64,000 nucleotides of DNA, taken from the NCBI GenBank assembly GCA_038213805.1, contig JBBQSO010000013.1:16980-80979 (forward strand), in the 5' to 3' direction. Of the stretch, positions 44,245-56,647 are shown piece after piece. A program made the position numbers and the translations under genes. This DNA is from Planctomycetota bacterium. Its GTDB lineage: Bacteria; Planctomycetota; UBA11346. How positions within the stretch are numbered: the stretch's first letter is position 1; each line of letters begins with the position of its first letter. The notes under the pieces are model-generated. The model was not told where the DNA came from, did not search any database, and saw only the letters and a program-made list of their open reading frames with translations.

Positions 44245-44629
44245 GAGCGCCAACGGCGCGACCAGAGGACCAGCCCAGGGCGAAGCCCTGGGTAGTGCAA
44301 AAAAAAATATTTCCGAGCCCTGAAGGGGCGGTTCATATCAATCGGCGCTAGGGAAGAACGAGCACTTGCGAGCGTATTCTCGGGACATGAAACGCTCGAA
44401 GACACAGCACCTCGCTGGTAAGGTGCAGCGCCATTGGCCGCCCCTTCAGGGCTCTCGCATCATTTTTTCCCATGTTCCCAGGGCGTTGCCCTGGGCTGGT
44501 CCTCTGGTCGCGCCGTTGGCGCTCAAGGCAGACGGCTTGCTGGCAACGCGGTTCCCGGCTGACCCGGAATTGTGGGCAATCCACAGGGCAACGCCCTGGG
44601 CTGGTTCTCTGGCCGCGCCGTTGGCACTC
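44245..44629. mobile_element. REPIN/MITE-like element: about 87-bp imperfect inverted arms plus a third partial copy
   Basis: 44245-44331 is the reverse complement of 44438-44524; internal CCCAGGGC-N4-GCCCTGGG hairpins; partial copy 44581-44629. Confidence 0.75.
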
Positions 44630-46046
44630 TGGGCAGATAGCGGCTTACTCCGCGTTTCTCCATGCGCATCTCCGCCTCCGCCAGCTTGCGGATGTGCTCC
44701 AGCACGCGCGCATGGATCGCGTGGATCAGACCGTCGCCCCACAGATGCCAGTACGGCCCCGGCGACACCTGCAACTCGTACCAGGTGCTGCCCTCCAGGC
44801 GGGTGCGGCGCCCCCCGTCGAGCGGCACCAGGCGGAATTCGCCGCGCCGGCTGCGCAGGTAGCCGTCCAGGTGCGGCGGGTGGATGTCACCCCAGGGGCT
44901 GAGCTCGCGCATGGTCGGCGGCTGCGAGGTGACGGCGAAGGCCAGACGGCGCGGTTCATCCCACGTGGTGATCGGCTCGACGAAGGGGCCGGTGGTAAAC
45001 TCGCAATAGCGCATGGCACCCACGCCGGTCCCGTCAATGCGTGCGCGCAGCGGGCAGGCGATACCGGTGGAGAAGATGCCGTCGGGCGGCGGCAGGTCGG
45101 GGAAAGAGACGACGTGGCGCCACACCATTTCCGGTGGGGCATCGATTTCGACAGAACTGCTGATTTCGCGCAGCGGCACGCGCTGATCGCGCGCCTCGTT
45201 CCAGGCGACCAACGGCAGCAGCAACACGGCGAGCAGCGGCACCACCCGCCGCGCCCGGCGCGCGGTTGGCGCCTGGGGCCGGCCGAAGGCGTAACCCAGG
45301 ACACCGCCGATCCACACCAGGATCGCCGCCAGCGGCCAGGCCATGGCCAGGCAGATCGCCCCCTCGACCGCGGCGACCAGCATCAGGACCATGGCGACGA
45401 GCAGCGCCAGCTGGCCCTGCAGGGCGGTCCTGGACAGGCCCTGGTCCAGCCGCGCGTTGTACACCACCGCGCTGACGAAACCCATCACCACCGGGGTGAG
45501 GACGAAGAGGCTGGAGCCGTAGTCGCGTAGCACGTAGATGCAGAGCACCACCATCACGCCCGCCACCGCCAGGCTGAGGAGGCCCGCAAGCAGCGGTCCG
45601 GCGATCGGCAGGCCGATGTCATCGGGATCCACGTCCGAATCTGCGACCCGTGTCAGCGAGCGGGTCGGCCAGACCGAGAACGCGAGCATCGCCAGGTAGT
45701 TCAGGTACGGAACGAGGAAGAGCAGGCCGAGGGCCGGATGGCGTCCGGCATCGCGGGCGCGGCGCATGCTCATCGACAGGCCTATCCAGATGAACGGCAC
45801 CGTCCACAGCAGCAGCGCCCAGGCGAGCGTCGGCGAGGCCTTCGAGAAGATCACCAGGCGGTGCAGCAGGACCGGGTCGAGAAATTGCACGGGTGGCAGC
45901 GCCACTCCGGTCATGAGCAGGAAAGCCAGGGACTCGACCAGGTACTTCACCGCCATCAGCGTCGCTCCGACGGTGATGTACAGGCGCCGATCGACGGGAG
46001 CCTCAAGACTGAGAACGCGTGCGCACCAGCCGGTCGCAGATGTCAT
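44523..46046 (-). CDS. Membrane protein: DUF805-like N-terminus plus SRPBCC/START domain
   Basis: RRARDAG...LLFLVPYLN; IDAPPEMVW; CEFTTGPFVEPITTWDEPRRLAF; HARVLEHI. Confidence 0.85.
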   Translation of the reverse strand: MTSATGWCARVLSLEAPVDRRLYITVGATLMAVKYLVESLAFLLMTGVALPPVQFLDPVLLHRLVIFSKASPTLAWALLLWTVPFIWIGLSMSMRRARDAGRHPALGLLFLVPYLNYLAMLAFSVWPTRSLTRVADSDVDPDDIGLPIAGPLLAGLLSLAVAGVMVVLCIYVLRDYGSSLFVLTPVVMGFVSAVVYNARLDQGLSRTALQGQLALLVAMVLMLVAAVEGAICLAMAWPLAAILVWIGGVLGYAFGRPQAPTARRARRVVPLLAVLLLPLVAWNEARDQRVPLREISSSVEIDAPPEMVWRHVVSFPDLPPPDGIFSTGIACPLRARIDGTGVGAMRYCEFTTGPFVEPITTWDEPRRLAFAVTSQPPTMRELSPWGDIHPPHLDGYLRSRRGEFRLVPLDGGRRTRLEGSTWYELQVSPGPYWHLWGDGLIHAIHARVLEHIRKLAEAEMRMEKRGVSRYLPRVPTARPENQPRALPCGLPTIPGQPGTALPASRLP

Positions 46047-46107
46047 GGCGGTTGCCTTTCAGGGTGCCGACGTTTGACACGTGGGGCGCGCTGACGCGCC
46101 GTGGGAC

Positions 46108-46581
46108 TCAGCCGGGGTGGCAGCCGGCGCTACGACAGCGGCGATGCTCCGCGACCCAGCGGTAGCCCCGGTCGAGCGCAGTGCGCAGCGCCCGGCAGCG
46201 GGCCACGCGGCGCAGCCGCGCCAGCCACGGCACGATCGTGATGACGGCGAGCAGCGCGCTGACCCCACCGAGCACGCGGCCGTCGGCGCACAGCAGCTTG
46301 ATCTCGTCCGGCACAACGCCATCGCCGCCGAGTGCGCGCCGCATGGCAGGAGATTGCAACGGCGCCAAGCGGAAGCCGTGATGGTGCGCGAACGGTCCGA
46401 TGATGCGCGCGGCAGCGCGGCACATGGGACAGTCGCGGTCGTAGCCAAGAATACCACGCGCCGGCCGCACGCGCGGCGCGGCGCACGGCGCTGGCACCAT
46501 AGGCGGACACATCGCGGCCGTGACCGCGCGCGGTGTCGGCGGGCGCTCATCGAAGAACGAGAACAGGCGCACCAGGCTCAT
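46108..46581 (-). CDS. DCC1-like thiol-disulfide oxidoreductase (DUF393)
   Basis: YDRDCPMC, APLQ, GYRWVAEHR. Confidence 0.8.
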   Translation of the reverse strand: MSLVRLFSFFDERPPTPRAVTAAMCPPMVPAPCAAPRVRPARGILGYDRDCPMCRAAARIIGPFAHHHGFRLAPLQSPAMRRALGGDGVVPDEIKLLCADGRVLGGVSALLAVITIVPWLARLRRVARCRALRTALDRGYRWVAEHRRCRSAGCHPG

Positions 46582-47126
46582 GGCTTATCCTTCGCCGCGC
46601 GGCCGAAGCCGAGCATGCCGCGCAGTTTCTTGCCGAAGCGCAGCGCCTCGACCAGGCCGGCCATGGGCAGCCGGCGCAGGTCGTCGTACCACGCGGTCAT
46701 GGTGGTCAGGAATTCGTGCAGGGTGCGCAGGCGGGTCGCGACGTGGGCCTCCTCGGGCCCGGCCTTGTCGGCCTCGGCGATGCACTCCGCGAGCAGCGCC
46801 ACGGTCGGGTCGATCTCGCGACGCTTGCGTTCCTCGATGACCGTGCGGAACAGCTCCCAGACGTCTCCGACCGACTCGAAGTGGTCGCGGCGATCGCCCT
46901 GCAGGTGCACGGTGCGCACGATGCGCCAGCCCTGCAGCTCGCGCAGGCTGGTGCTGATATTCGAGCGCGCGATACCCAGGGCCTCGCCGATCTGGTCGGC
47001 GTTGAGCGGCGCGCGCGCGACATAGAGCAGTGCGTGGATCTGCGCCACCGAGCGGTTGATCCCCCAGCGGGTACCCATCTCGCCCCAGTGCAGGATGAAC
47101 TTGCGGGTGATCGGGGTGGGGGTCAT
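46578..47126 (-). CDS. GbsR/MarR-family regulator
   Basis: FILHWGEMGTRWGINRSVAQIHALLY, ARSNISTSLREL, GDRRDHF. Confidence 0.9.
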   Translation of the reverse strand: MTPTPITRKFILHWGEMGTRWGINRSVAQIHALLYVARAPLNADQIGEALGIARSNISTSLRELQGWRIVRTVHLQGDRRDHFESVGDVWELFRTVIEERKRREIDPTVALLAECIAEADKAGPEEAHVATRLRTLHEFLTTMTAWYDDLRRLPMAGLVEALRFGKKLRGMLGFGRAAKDKP

Positions 47127-47140
47127 CGATGATCTTCTTT

Positions 47141-47185
47141 TATTTCTGTCTCTACAGAAATATCAGACTTCCGGAAATAAGTCAA
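47141..47185 (-). promoter_or_regulatory. Putative operator TATTTCTGT-N4-ACAGAAATA and TTGACT -35 box
   Basis: Perfect 9-bp inverted repeat at 47141-47162 in an AT-rich patch; TTGACT on the minus strand at 47180-47185. Confidence 0.65.
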
Positions 47186-47357
47186 GCGCCGGATGCCTGC
47201 ACATCTCCGCAGGCCGCCCATTGAATCAACCCAGCGACGCTTGGGCCTTCCCTGAAACCGCGCGCCGCTGGCGCGCTCGCGGACCACTGCGCGCCTGCGG
47301 CGCGCGGTCCCAGGATGGATCCTCACGTCCTGAGGTGACGATCTGGTGCCTCACGCC

Positions 47358-49424
47358 TCACGGCGCCGCATCACCCGGGAAGAAGCTCTCCAGCACCCCG
47401 AGGTTGTGCCCGGCCAGGCCGGCGAGCAGCCACAAGCCGACCGCGCCGAAGGCCACGCCGATCAGCACCCGGCCAAGGCCGGCCTCGGCGACCGGGGCGT
47501 CGCCCGGCATGCGTACGCGACCGAGGGTGTAGAGCGCGAGGAACAGCGCCACCGCCGCCCACACCGCGATGGTCAGGGTCCGCCCGACCACGCCCCAGCC
47601 CCAGGCCAGGTCGCAGATGGCGAGGAATTTGAGCGCAGCGGCGAGCTCGACCATGCCGCCGACCACCTTGAACTCGTTCATCCACGCGCCGGCACGCGGG
47701 ATGCGCGCGAGTGCGCCCGGGCTGATGGCGAGCAGGAAGAAGGGCACGGCGATGGCGCTGGCGTAGATCGCCATGCCGAGCATCGCGCGCGTCCAGCTGC
47801 CGGTCGAGACCGCGTCAGCGAGCACCGAGCCGGCGAATGGCGCCGTGCAGGTAAAGGCCGTGATTGCAAAGGTCAGACCCATGATGAGCGCGCCCAGGTA
47901 GCCGCCACGGCTGCCGCCCAGGCTGCCCTCAAGCGCTGAGGGCAGGCGCAGGAAGAACGCGCCAAGAAGGCTGAGACCGAGTAGCGTGAAGAGCAGCGCG
48001 ATGACCAGGTTGGTCACCGGATGGCCGCTGACCGTGGCCAGGGTCGAGCCGAAGATGCCGGTGATGAGCACGCCCAGTCCGACAAAGCACGCGATGATGC
48101 CACCGGCGTAGAAGGCGGCGAGCGGCACCAGCCGGCGCCCACTGGCCGCCTGCTTGGCGAAGAAGTTCAGGGTGAAGGGGATCATCGGATAGGTGCAGGG
48201 CATGACGAGGGTGAACAGGCCGCCAAGGAGCGCGATGAGGATGAACTGGCCCATGCCCGAGCCGCTGCCGACCGTGACCCCGCGTCCGCCGCCAAGGAAG
48301 GCCAGGAAGCGCTGCATGGTGGCGCCATCGCCTCGGTCGAAGACCTTGTTCCAGCGCTCCTCTGAGGCGGGCGCAGATGGTGCCGAAGACCCGGCGGCCA
48401 CCGGCGCCACGCCACCGCCCGCAGGGTGGGAAGGCGGATCGAGACGCACGTAGAGCGGGCGCCCCTGGTCCTTGAAGCGCTGTTGCTGCCATGCCGCCAG
48501 CTCGTCGAAGGGTGGATCGGTATTGACCGAGATCGGCAGGGCACTGTTCCAGGCCGCGATCACTCCGGGGTCGCGGAACACGGTCTTCTCCATGTTCTGG
48601 CAGTTGCTGCACGATGGCCCGGTGAAATCGAGCAGCGCCGCCTTGCCGGCCTGGTGGGCCTCGGCGATGAGCTGCTCGACCTCGGCGACCGTGCGCGGGT
48701 GACGCCAGCGGATGCTCTTGCCGGCCGCTGCCTTGGCCAATTCCTCGGCGATGAGCGTGCGCATGGCCTCGCCATCGGTGGCGCGCGTGGCGTCGAGTTC
48801 AGTACGTACGATCTCGCGCAGCACCGCGGGGTCGATGGACGCCGCGGCCGGCTGTCCGCTGAGCGTCCCGGCGTCCGCCGGCACCGTGGGCAGACTCACG
48901 GTTACGACCTGCTTCGCGACCGGCTGCAGGCAGTAGTCGCGACTGGAGTCTTTGGGATCCGGACCGGTGCCGCAGACCATGTAGGTGACCTGGACAATCA
49001 CGTCCACCGCCTGGCCCACCGGCCCGGCGGGCAGGCGGATGGGCAGGCGCAGGGTGACCGGGCCTTCCGGGTAGACGGGTAGATCCTCATCAAGGCTTTT
49101 GAGTACGTGGACCGGCTTGTCGGCGCTGAGCGCGCCGGTGGCTTGGACCGGACCGCCCGGCTTGAGCTCGATGAGCGTCGGCCGGCCAAGTGTGCTCTTC
49201 AAATCGAGGCTGTAGAAATGACCCGGTGGACGGTCGCCGACGGGCGGATCTGGAACGAACGTGCCGATCAGGGTCGCAGCCGACCCCTGCCCGCGCTCGA
49301 GGGTGATGGTGACCACCGCACCGCCCTTGTGCAGGCTGCCGAGCGGGGAAGCCCCCTCTTCCGCCCACAGCCCGCGCATCCCGGCGCACACGATCAGCAG
49401 GGCGGCGAAGAGAGCGGCGCGCAT
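47358..49424 (-). CDS. dsbD: DsbD-like protein-disulfide reductase with thioredoxin domain before the TM domain
   Basis: Signal peptide; YMVC...YC pair; [24 protein letters not shown] and FTCTAP; PRAGAWM. Confidence 0.82.
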   Translation of the reverse strand: MRAALFAALLIVCAGMRGLWAEEGASPLGSLHKGGAVVTITLERGQGSAATLIGTFVPDPPVGDRPPGHFYSLDLKSTLGRPTLIELKPGGPVQATGALSADKPVHVLKSLDEDLPVYPEGPVTLRLPIRLPAGPVGQAVDVIVQVTYMVCGTGPDPKDSSRDYCLQPVAKQVVTVSLPTVPADAGTLSGQPAAASIDPAVLREIVRTELDATRATDGEAMRTLIAEELAKAAAGKSIRWRHPRTVAEVEQLIAEAHQAGKAALLDFTGPSCSNCQNMEKTVFRDPGVIAAWNSALPISVNTDPPFDELAAWQQQRFKDQGRPLYVRLDPPSHPAGGGVAPVAAGSSAPSAPASEERWNKVFDRGDGATMQRFLAFLGGGRGVTVGSGSGMGQFILIALLGGLFTLVMPCTYPMIPFTLNFFAKQAASGRRLVPLAAFYAGGIIACFVGLGVLITGIFGSTLATVSGHPVTNLVIALLFTLLGLSLLGAFFLRLPSALEGSLGGSRGGYLGALIMGLTFAITAFTCTAPFAGSVLADAVSTGSWTRAMLGMAIYASAIAVPFFLLAISPGALARIPRAGAWMNEFKVVGGMVELAAALKFLAICDLAWGWGVVGRTLTIAVWAAVALFLALYTLGRVRMPGDAPVAEAGLGRVLIGVAFGAVGLWLLAGLAGHNLGVLESFFPGDAAP

Positions 49425-49652
49425 GGGAGTCCTCCGGGGTCGGCAGGGGTCGAGTCTGGACAACGTCGCCGGGGTCGCAACCCATGCGCGCATCTCCCTA
49501 CGTTGCGGACGGCCCTGGCGATTGGCGCTTTCCGGGCGCCCCTTCCTGCGTCGCCCGGCCGTCCCGCCGCAGCCAACCATGCCTTGCCGGTTGGTGGGCC
49601 GATCCTAGCATCCGGCCGCCGCAAATTTACCTCCGCGGCCCGAGGCCAGACC

Positions 49653-51449
49653 ATGAAGCGCACCCATACCTGCGGCGCCCTGCGCGCGAGCCACGTCGAC
49701 CAGACCATCACGCTGTGCGGCTGGGTGCAGAACTTCCGTGACCACGGCGGCATCATCTTCATTGACCTGCGCGACCGCGACGGCCTGACCCAGCTGACCT
49801 TCGACCCCGACCTGTGCGGGAAGGAGGTCCATGAGTTGGCCACGCGCGTGCGCTCGGAGTGGGTGCTGCAAGTCAGCGGCACGGTCAAGAGCCGTGGCGA
49901 GCGCAAGAACCCCAACCTCGCCACCGGTGAGATCGAGGTCTTCGCCACCACCCTCATCGTGCTCAACAAGGCCGAGACCCCGCCCTTCGAGATCGACGCG
50001 CACTCCAAGGTCGGTGAGGAGGTCCGCCTCAAGCACCGCTTCCTCGATCTGCGCCGGCCGCAGATGCAGGCCAACCTGATCCTGCGCCACCGCGCCACCA
50101 AGCTGGCGCGCGACTACTTCGACGCCAACCGCTTCCTCGAGATCGAGACCCCGGTGCTGTGCAAGTTCACGCCCGGCGGCGCGCGCAACTACCTGGTACC
50201 GTCGCGCGTCCACCAGGGCTCGTTCTACGCCCTCGCCGAGTCGCCGCAGCTGTTCAAGCAGCTGCTGATGGTCGGCGGCTACGACCGCTACATGCAGATC
50301 GCGCGCTGCTTCCGCGACGAGGACCTGCGCAACGACCGTCAGCCGGAATTCACCCAGATCGACATCGAGATGTCGTTCATCGAGATGGCCGACATCATGG
50401 CCATCGGCGAAGGGCTGGTGCGCAGCCTGTGGAAGGAGCTGCTGGGCGTCGAGGTGCCGCCGCTGCGCCACATGACGTACACGGAAGGCATGCTGAAGTA
50501 CGGTTCCGACAAACCGGACCTGCGCTACGGCATGGAGATCGTCGATCTCACCGCGTGGGCGCCGACCAGCGGCTTCACGGTCTTCCAGAACGCGGTGGCG
50601 GCGGGCGGCGTGTGCCGCGCGCTCAACGCCAAGAAGGCCTTCGAGGTGCTCTCGCGCCGCACCCTCGACCAGCTCACCGAGTTCGCCAAGGGCCTTGGCG
50701 CCAAGGGCCTGGCCTGGATCAAGGTCCAGGGCGATCCCGCCATCACCGAGAGCTGGCAGGGGCCGGCGGCCAAGAACATCACGCCGGCGGCGCGCGCCGA
50801 GCTGCAGAAGCTGCTCGACGTCGGCGACGGCGACGTGCTGTTCTTCGGCGCCGACCGCGAGAAGACCGTGTGCACGACCCTGGGCGGCATCCGCGTCGAA
50901 TTGGGCGTCAACCGCCTGGGCCTGGCCAAGCCCGGCCAGTGGGAATTCCTGTGGCTGCACAGCGCGCCGATGTTCGAGTACTCTGACGAGCACAAGACTT
51001 TCGTCGCCAACCACCACCCGTTCACCGCGCCTTACGACGACGACGTCGCCAAGGTGCTGAGCGATCCGGGCGCGGCGCGCTCGAAGAGCTACGACATGGT
51101 GCTGAACGGCAATGAGATCGGCGGCGGCTCGATCCGAATCCATGACGCCGGCATCCAGAGCACGGTCTTCAAGGCCCTGGGCATCTCGGAAGAGGACGCC
51201 AAGCAGAAATTCGGCTTCCTGCTCCACGCCCTGTCCTTCGGCGCGCCCCCGCACGGCGGCATGGCCTTCGGACTCGACCGCCTGATCATGCTCATGACCG
51301 GCGCCGAATCGATCCGCGACATCATCGCCTTCCCGAAGAATCAGAAGGCGCGCGACGAGATGCTGGACTGCCCCAATCCGGTCACGGAGCGCCAGCTCAA
51401 GGACCTCGCCCTGGTCACCGTGGTGCCCAACCTGGCCCAGGCGAAGTAG
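49653..51449 (+). CDS. aspS: Aspartate-tRNA ligase (RDHGG suggests non-discriminating type)
   Basis: [43 protein letters not shown]. Confidence 0.97.
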   Translation: MKRTHTCGALRASHVDQTITLCGWVQNFRDHGGIIFIDLRDRDGLTQLTFDPDLCGKEVHELATRVRSEWVLQVSGTVKSRGERKNPNLATGEIEVFATTLIVLNKAETPPFEIDAHSKVGEEVRLKHRFLDLRRPQMQANLILRHRATKLARDYFDANRFLEIETPVLCKFTPGGARNYLVPSRVHQGSFYALAESPQLFKQLLMVGGYDRYMQIARCFRDEDLRNDRQPEFTQIDIEMSFIEMADIMAIGEGLVRSLWKELLGVEVPPLRHMTYTEGMLKYGSDKPDLRYGMEIVDLTAWAPTSGFTVFQNAVAAGGVCRALNAKKAFEVLSRRTLDQLTEFAKGLGAKGLAWIKVQGDPAITESWQGPAAKNITPAARAELQKLLDVGDGDVLFFGADREKTVCTTLGGIRVELGVNRLGLAKPGQWEFLWLHSAPMFEYSDEHKTFVANHHPFTAPYDDDVAKVLSDPGAARSKSYDMVLNGNEIGGGSIRIHDAGIQSTVFKALGISEEDAKQKFGFLLHALSFGAPPHGGMAFGLDRLIMLMTGAESIRDIIAFPKNQKARDEMLDCPNPVTERQLKDLALVTVVPNLAQAK

Positions 51450-51459
51450 GGGTCGGAAG

Positions 51460-51661
51460 GTCCGGAAGTCCGGGGTCCGGAAGTCCGGAAGTCTTGGAGC
51501 GCGATGGCCACTCCGCTAGCGGAGTGGCGCCTGTCTCGGCGTGCGGCCGATGTGCGCATGCACCCGACCATCTCACCGTCGTCGCCTCAGCTCGTCAGGT
51601 TGCCGCTCGTGACCTGGGACCCCTCGACTTCCGGACTTCCGGACTTCCGGACCTCCGGACT
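51460..51661. repeat. Inverted octamer pair enclosing a 10-bp palindrome
   Basis: Arms about 51460-51493 and 51626-51661; GCCACTCCGC-TA-GCGGAGTGGC at 51507-51528. Confidence 0.9.
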
Positions 51662-51818
51662 GTGGCCGGCCCCACTGGCCACCGCCGCAGCACTTTCCCG
51701 CTGTTCGCCCCTTGTCTGGCCGCTCAAACTTTTATCATACCGCTCCTCTGTGGATCAAATGCTTACCAAGTAAACATGCTTGGTTAGATTTTGGTCAGCT
51801 TTCCGAACCAGCGAGCCC

Positions 51819-53315
<1,497 letters not shown>

Positions 53316-53369
53316 GCGACGGCGTCCGGGCCTTCCGTACCTGGCCGGCCCCCCTATCGTCATCCCGCC

Positions 53370-56300
53370 ATGCTCACCTCGCATCCCGTCGATGTCTCGG
53401 GCCGCAGTGGCGGCGCTGGTGCGGATGGCCGCAGCCCAGGCGGTGAGGCCGGCCGGGCCAGCGACGGCGCAACAGGCGGCAATGGTCGGCCGGGTGGTGA
53501 CGGAGTGGATGCCGGGCGCATCGAGGCAACCCTGGCAGTGGTCGGCGGCACGGTGGTCCTGCGCGGCGTGGCAGAGGCCGACCGTGGCAGCCGTCCAGCC
53601 GAGGTGGCCTTCCCCCTCGCCGCCGACGATCTGATCGCACTGCGCGCGCGTGGCGGCGACGGCGGGCGCGGCGGCGATGCCGGCGATGGTCAGGACGGTG
53701 GGCGCGGCCATTCCGGTTCCGACGCCACGCGCTTCAGCGACGGCGACGACGGTGGCCCTGGCGGCGACGGCGGCGATGCCGGCGAACCGGCGGACGGCGG
53801 CGCGGCCGGGCGCGGCGGCGCCATCGCGTTGAGCCTCGACGAGCACGACATGCACGCGCTGATGGCGCTGGCCATCGACCTCGGCGCCGGCCGGCCCGGC
53901 GCCGGTGGTCGCGGCGGGCGCGGCGGCGCCGGCGGGGTGGGCGGACCCGGCGGCTCGGGCTACAGCTGGACGGAGTCCTACAACGACACCGAATCCTATA
54001 CCGACAGCAACGGCAACTCCGCAACGCGCTCCGTCACGCGCACCACCAGCCACCACAACTCCGGAGGTTCGCGCGGCCCGACGGGTGCGGCGGGCCGGCC
54101 GAGCAGCCGCCGCGCCGCGCCGGGCGCGGCGGCGCCCACGGGCAGCCTGGCCATCACCATCGACCACGGCGGGCGGCGCGTCACCTATGTCGGTATCTAC
54201 GACCTCGAACTGGTCGCCTGTACGTTCGCACCGGTCGACGAACGGCTGTTCCCCGGCGACTGCTTCGAGCCCGGCCAGCGGGTGCGCATCGCCAGCGTCG
54301 AACTGCGCAATCGGGGTGCGATGCCGACACCGGTGCACCAGGATATCACCATCGAGATCGCCGCCGAAGCGGGCGTGCAGCCGCTCACCAGTGCCGCAAT
54401 CCCGCGCGCCATCCCGCCTGGCGGGCAGATGACCCTTGATGACCCCGGCATCACCTGCCGGCTCGGCGACCTGCGCGGGGTCACGGCGGAACCCTTCGCA
54501 GGCGCGGGCGCCATCACCCTGGTCGCCGTAGTGGGTGGCATCGGTCGCCACTTCGCCGACACCTGCGTGCGGCCCTTTGTGCTGCGTTCGCCGGTGGTCC
54601 TCGAAGAGCCTGAGATCTACACCTCGCTCGGCCCGGGCGAACGCACGGCGTGGAGCTGGACGGTACGCAACCAGGCGCTGCTGCCGTTCGGCGCCGGATC
54701 ACCGCTGGCGCGCGCGCTGGCCACCACCATCCACGATCCGGGCGGCGACTGCCCGGCGGAGCTGGTGGTGGTCGAACGCGACGGGCAGGCTCTCGACCGC
54801 ACCCAGCCGTTCGCCGACGCCATCGCGCTGCTCGCCCCGGGCACGAGCGCGACCCTACGCGCGACTTTCGCGTTCGCGGCGGCGGCCAAGCCCTTCACCG
54901 GGCGCAGCGTCGCGGTCGCCTTCAGCGTCGGCGGGCGCGATGGAGGCGCAGCCCAGGCGCTGCAGCGCCGCGCGGCCCTGGTCAAGGTCGCGCCTCTCTA
55001 CCGCAAAAGTCCCGAAGCCGCGGTGCTGCTGATCACCAATCACGGCACCACCGTCGCCGAGGTCGATGCCTGGGTGGGCTTCCTCGCCGCGCTTGGACTC
55101 GAGGCCGACGTCTTCGACCTGTCGCACGCGGGCTCGGTCGACCTCGACCGCGCCTGGTCGGCGACCCAGACGCTGCGCGAGGAGTGGCGCGGACGCACCG
55201 TGGTCGCGCTCAACAACCTGTTCACCGGCCCAGCCGGCGAGCAGTCCGCGGCCGACTACCTGTTCGACCGGCAGGTGCTGGGCAGCATGCTCGACGACGA
55301 CATCGGCTGGTACGCGCCCGGACGCGGCCGCCCGCTGATCACCGCCGAGGCACTGCTCAGCACCAGACGCCGCTCGCGCCATCCTCTCGAGATGTGGAGC
55401 GGCCACGCCGACGCGCCGACCGCGGTGCACGCGCGCATCGCCGACGAAGAGGCGGTGCTGTTGCACGTCGCACGGCGCCGCTGGTTCCACCTGCAGATCG
55501 ACGCGGGCCACCTTGAGGGCGTGGCGCGGCGGATCATCGCCGAACTTTCGTTCCGCGATCCGACCCGGCGCTACGTGGTGGTGCACGACTTCGTGCCGAA
55601 GCGCACGGTGCGCACCTTCTGGTCGTCGACCTGGGACCTGGGTACCATCTCCGTCGCGCCGGTCCCGGGCCCCGGCACGGCCGGCGCGGTGCACCTCGCC
55701 CTGGCGGACGGACAGGTGCACGACGCCACCGTGATCGGCGGACGCGCCAACCGAGCGGCCTTCATCCTCGCCCTGCCCTTCGCCGAGAAGCTGCGCCTGT
55801 TCTGCAGCCTGGTGGTGGCAGGGTACAATTTCGATCTGGTGCCGGAGCGCCGCGAGCTGGCCATGGCCTACGCCGACGCCCTGGTCGCCGATTGTGCGGT
55901 CGAACAGGAGGCGGTGCGCCGCGACGCGCGCCGCCTGCGCACGTGGCGCCTGGCACGCCTGCTGACCACCGGCCGGCGGGTGTGGTGCGAGCGCCTGCGG
56001 CTGCTCTGCACCAGCGGCTTCATCGCCTCGGTGCCGGCCGGCAGCGAGCGCGGCCGCATCCTCGCCGACCTCATCGGTCGACTGCACGCCGTCATCGATG
56101 CCTGGCAGCCGTGGTGGGCCTGCCTCTTCCCCGGCCTGCGTGCCGGCGAGATCACCGGCCAGGGCCGCGCGCTGCTACGCGCCTTGGCGCGCACCGCCTT
56201 CGGCCAGGAACGCCGCCTGTTCGTAATGCCCGGCGAGCCGGAGGGCGACCCGCGCACCAACCTCGCCCAGGCGGCCGCCCGGATCGCGACGCGCCGCCGG

Positions 56301-56618
56301 CGCCGCGCCGCCGCCAGCCGTGGCGGCAACCCGACCACCGCCTCGACCCTGGCCGCGCTCTGCCCCGGCCTGCCGATCGAGGCGCTGTCCCTGTTGCGCC
56401 TGCTCGGCCCCGACGAGGACCGCGTCATCAGCGCCGCACGCCGGGCCCGCGCCAGTGCCGCCCAGGACCGCGAGGACGACGCCACGCGCGCGCGCAGCAC
56501 CGCGCACGAGAACGCGCAGCGGCGCCTGGTCTCCGGGACAACACCGGAACCAACCGCGAGTGGCGAGTCGCGCGCCGCGAACAGCGCTGCCCCACCTCAA
56601 ACCGCGAGCGACCACTAG
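53370..56618 (+). CDS. Large hypothetical protein with Gly-rich N-terminus
   Basis: 1082-aa ORF; GGxG repeats then globular regions; fits between neighbours. Confidence 0.8.
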   Translation: MLTSHPVDVSGRSGGAGADGRSPGGEAGRASDGATGGNGRPGGDGVDAGRIEATLAVVGGTVVLRGVAEADRGSRPAEVAFPLAADDLIALRARGGDGGRGGDAGDGQDGGRGHSGSDATRFSDGDDGGPGGDGGDAGEPADGGAAGRGGAIALSLDEHDMHALMALAIDLGAGRPGAGGRGGRGGAGGVGGPGGSGYSWTESYNDTESYTDSNGNSATRSVTRTTSHHNSGGSRGPTGAAGRPSSRRAAPGAAAPTGSLAITIDHGGRRVTYVGIYDLELVACTFAPVDERLFPGDCFEPGQRVRIASVELRNRGAMPTPVHQDITIEIAAEAGVQPLTSAAIPRAIPPGGQMTLDDPGITCRLGDLRGVTAEPFAGAGAITLVAVVGGIGRHFADTCVRPFVLRSPVVLEEPEIYTSLGPGERTAWSWTVRNQALLPFGAGSPLARALATTIHDPGGDCPAELVVVERDGQALDRTQPFADAIALLAPGTSATLRATFAFAAAAKPFTGRSVAVAFSVGGRDGGAAQALQRRAALVKVAPLYRKSPEAAVLLITNHGTTVAEVDAWVGFLAALGLEADVFDLSHAGSVDLDRAWSATQTLREEWRGRTVVALNNLFTGPAGEQSAADYLFDRQVLGSMLDDDIGWYAPGRGRPLITAEALLSTRRRSRHPLEMWSGHADAPTAVHARIADEEAVLLHVARRRWFHLQIDAGHLEGVARRIIAELSFRDPTRRYVVVHDFVPKRTVRTFWSSTWDLGTISVAPVPGPGTAGAVHLALADGQVHDATVIGGRANRAAFILALPFAEKLRLFCSLVVAGYNFDLVPERRELAMAYADALVADCAVEQEAVRRDARRLRTWRLARLLTTGRRVWCERLRLLCTSGFIASVPAGSERGRILADLIGRLHAVIDAWQPWWACLFPGLRAGEITGQGRALLRALARTAFGQERRLFVMPGEPEGDPRTNLAQAAARIATRRRRRAAASRGGNPTTASTLAALCPGLPIEALSLLRLLGPDEDRVISAARRARASAAQDREDDATRARSTAHENAQRRLVSGTTPEPTASGESRAANSAAPPQTASDH

Positions 56619-56647
56619 TCGCGAGTCTCGGATCTCAGGCCCGAAGC

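Noticed and set aside
44348..44584. Small ORFs in the REPIN-like element as a transposase
   Set aside because: Too short, with no HUH or DDE motif
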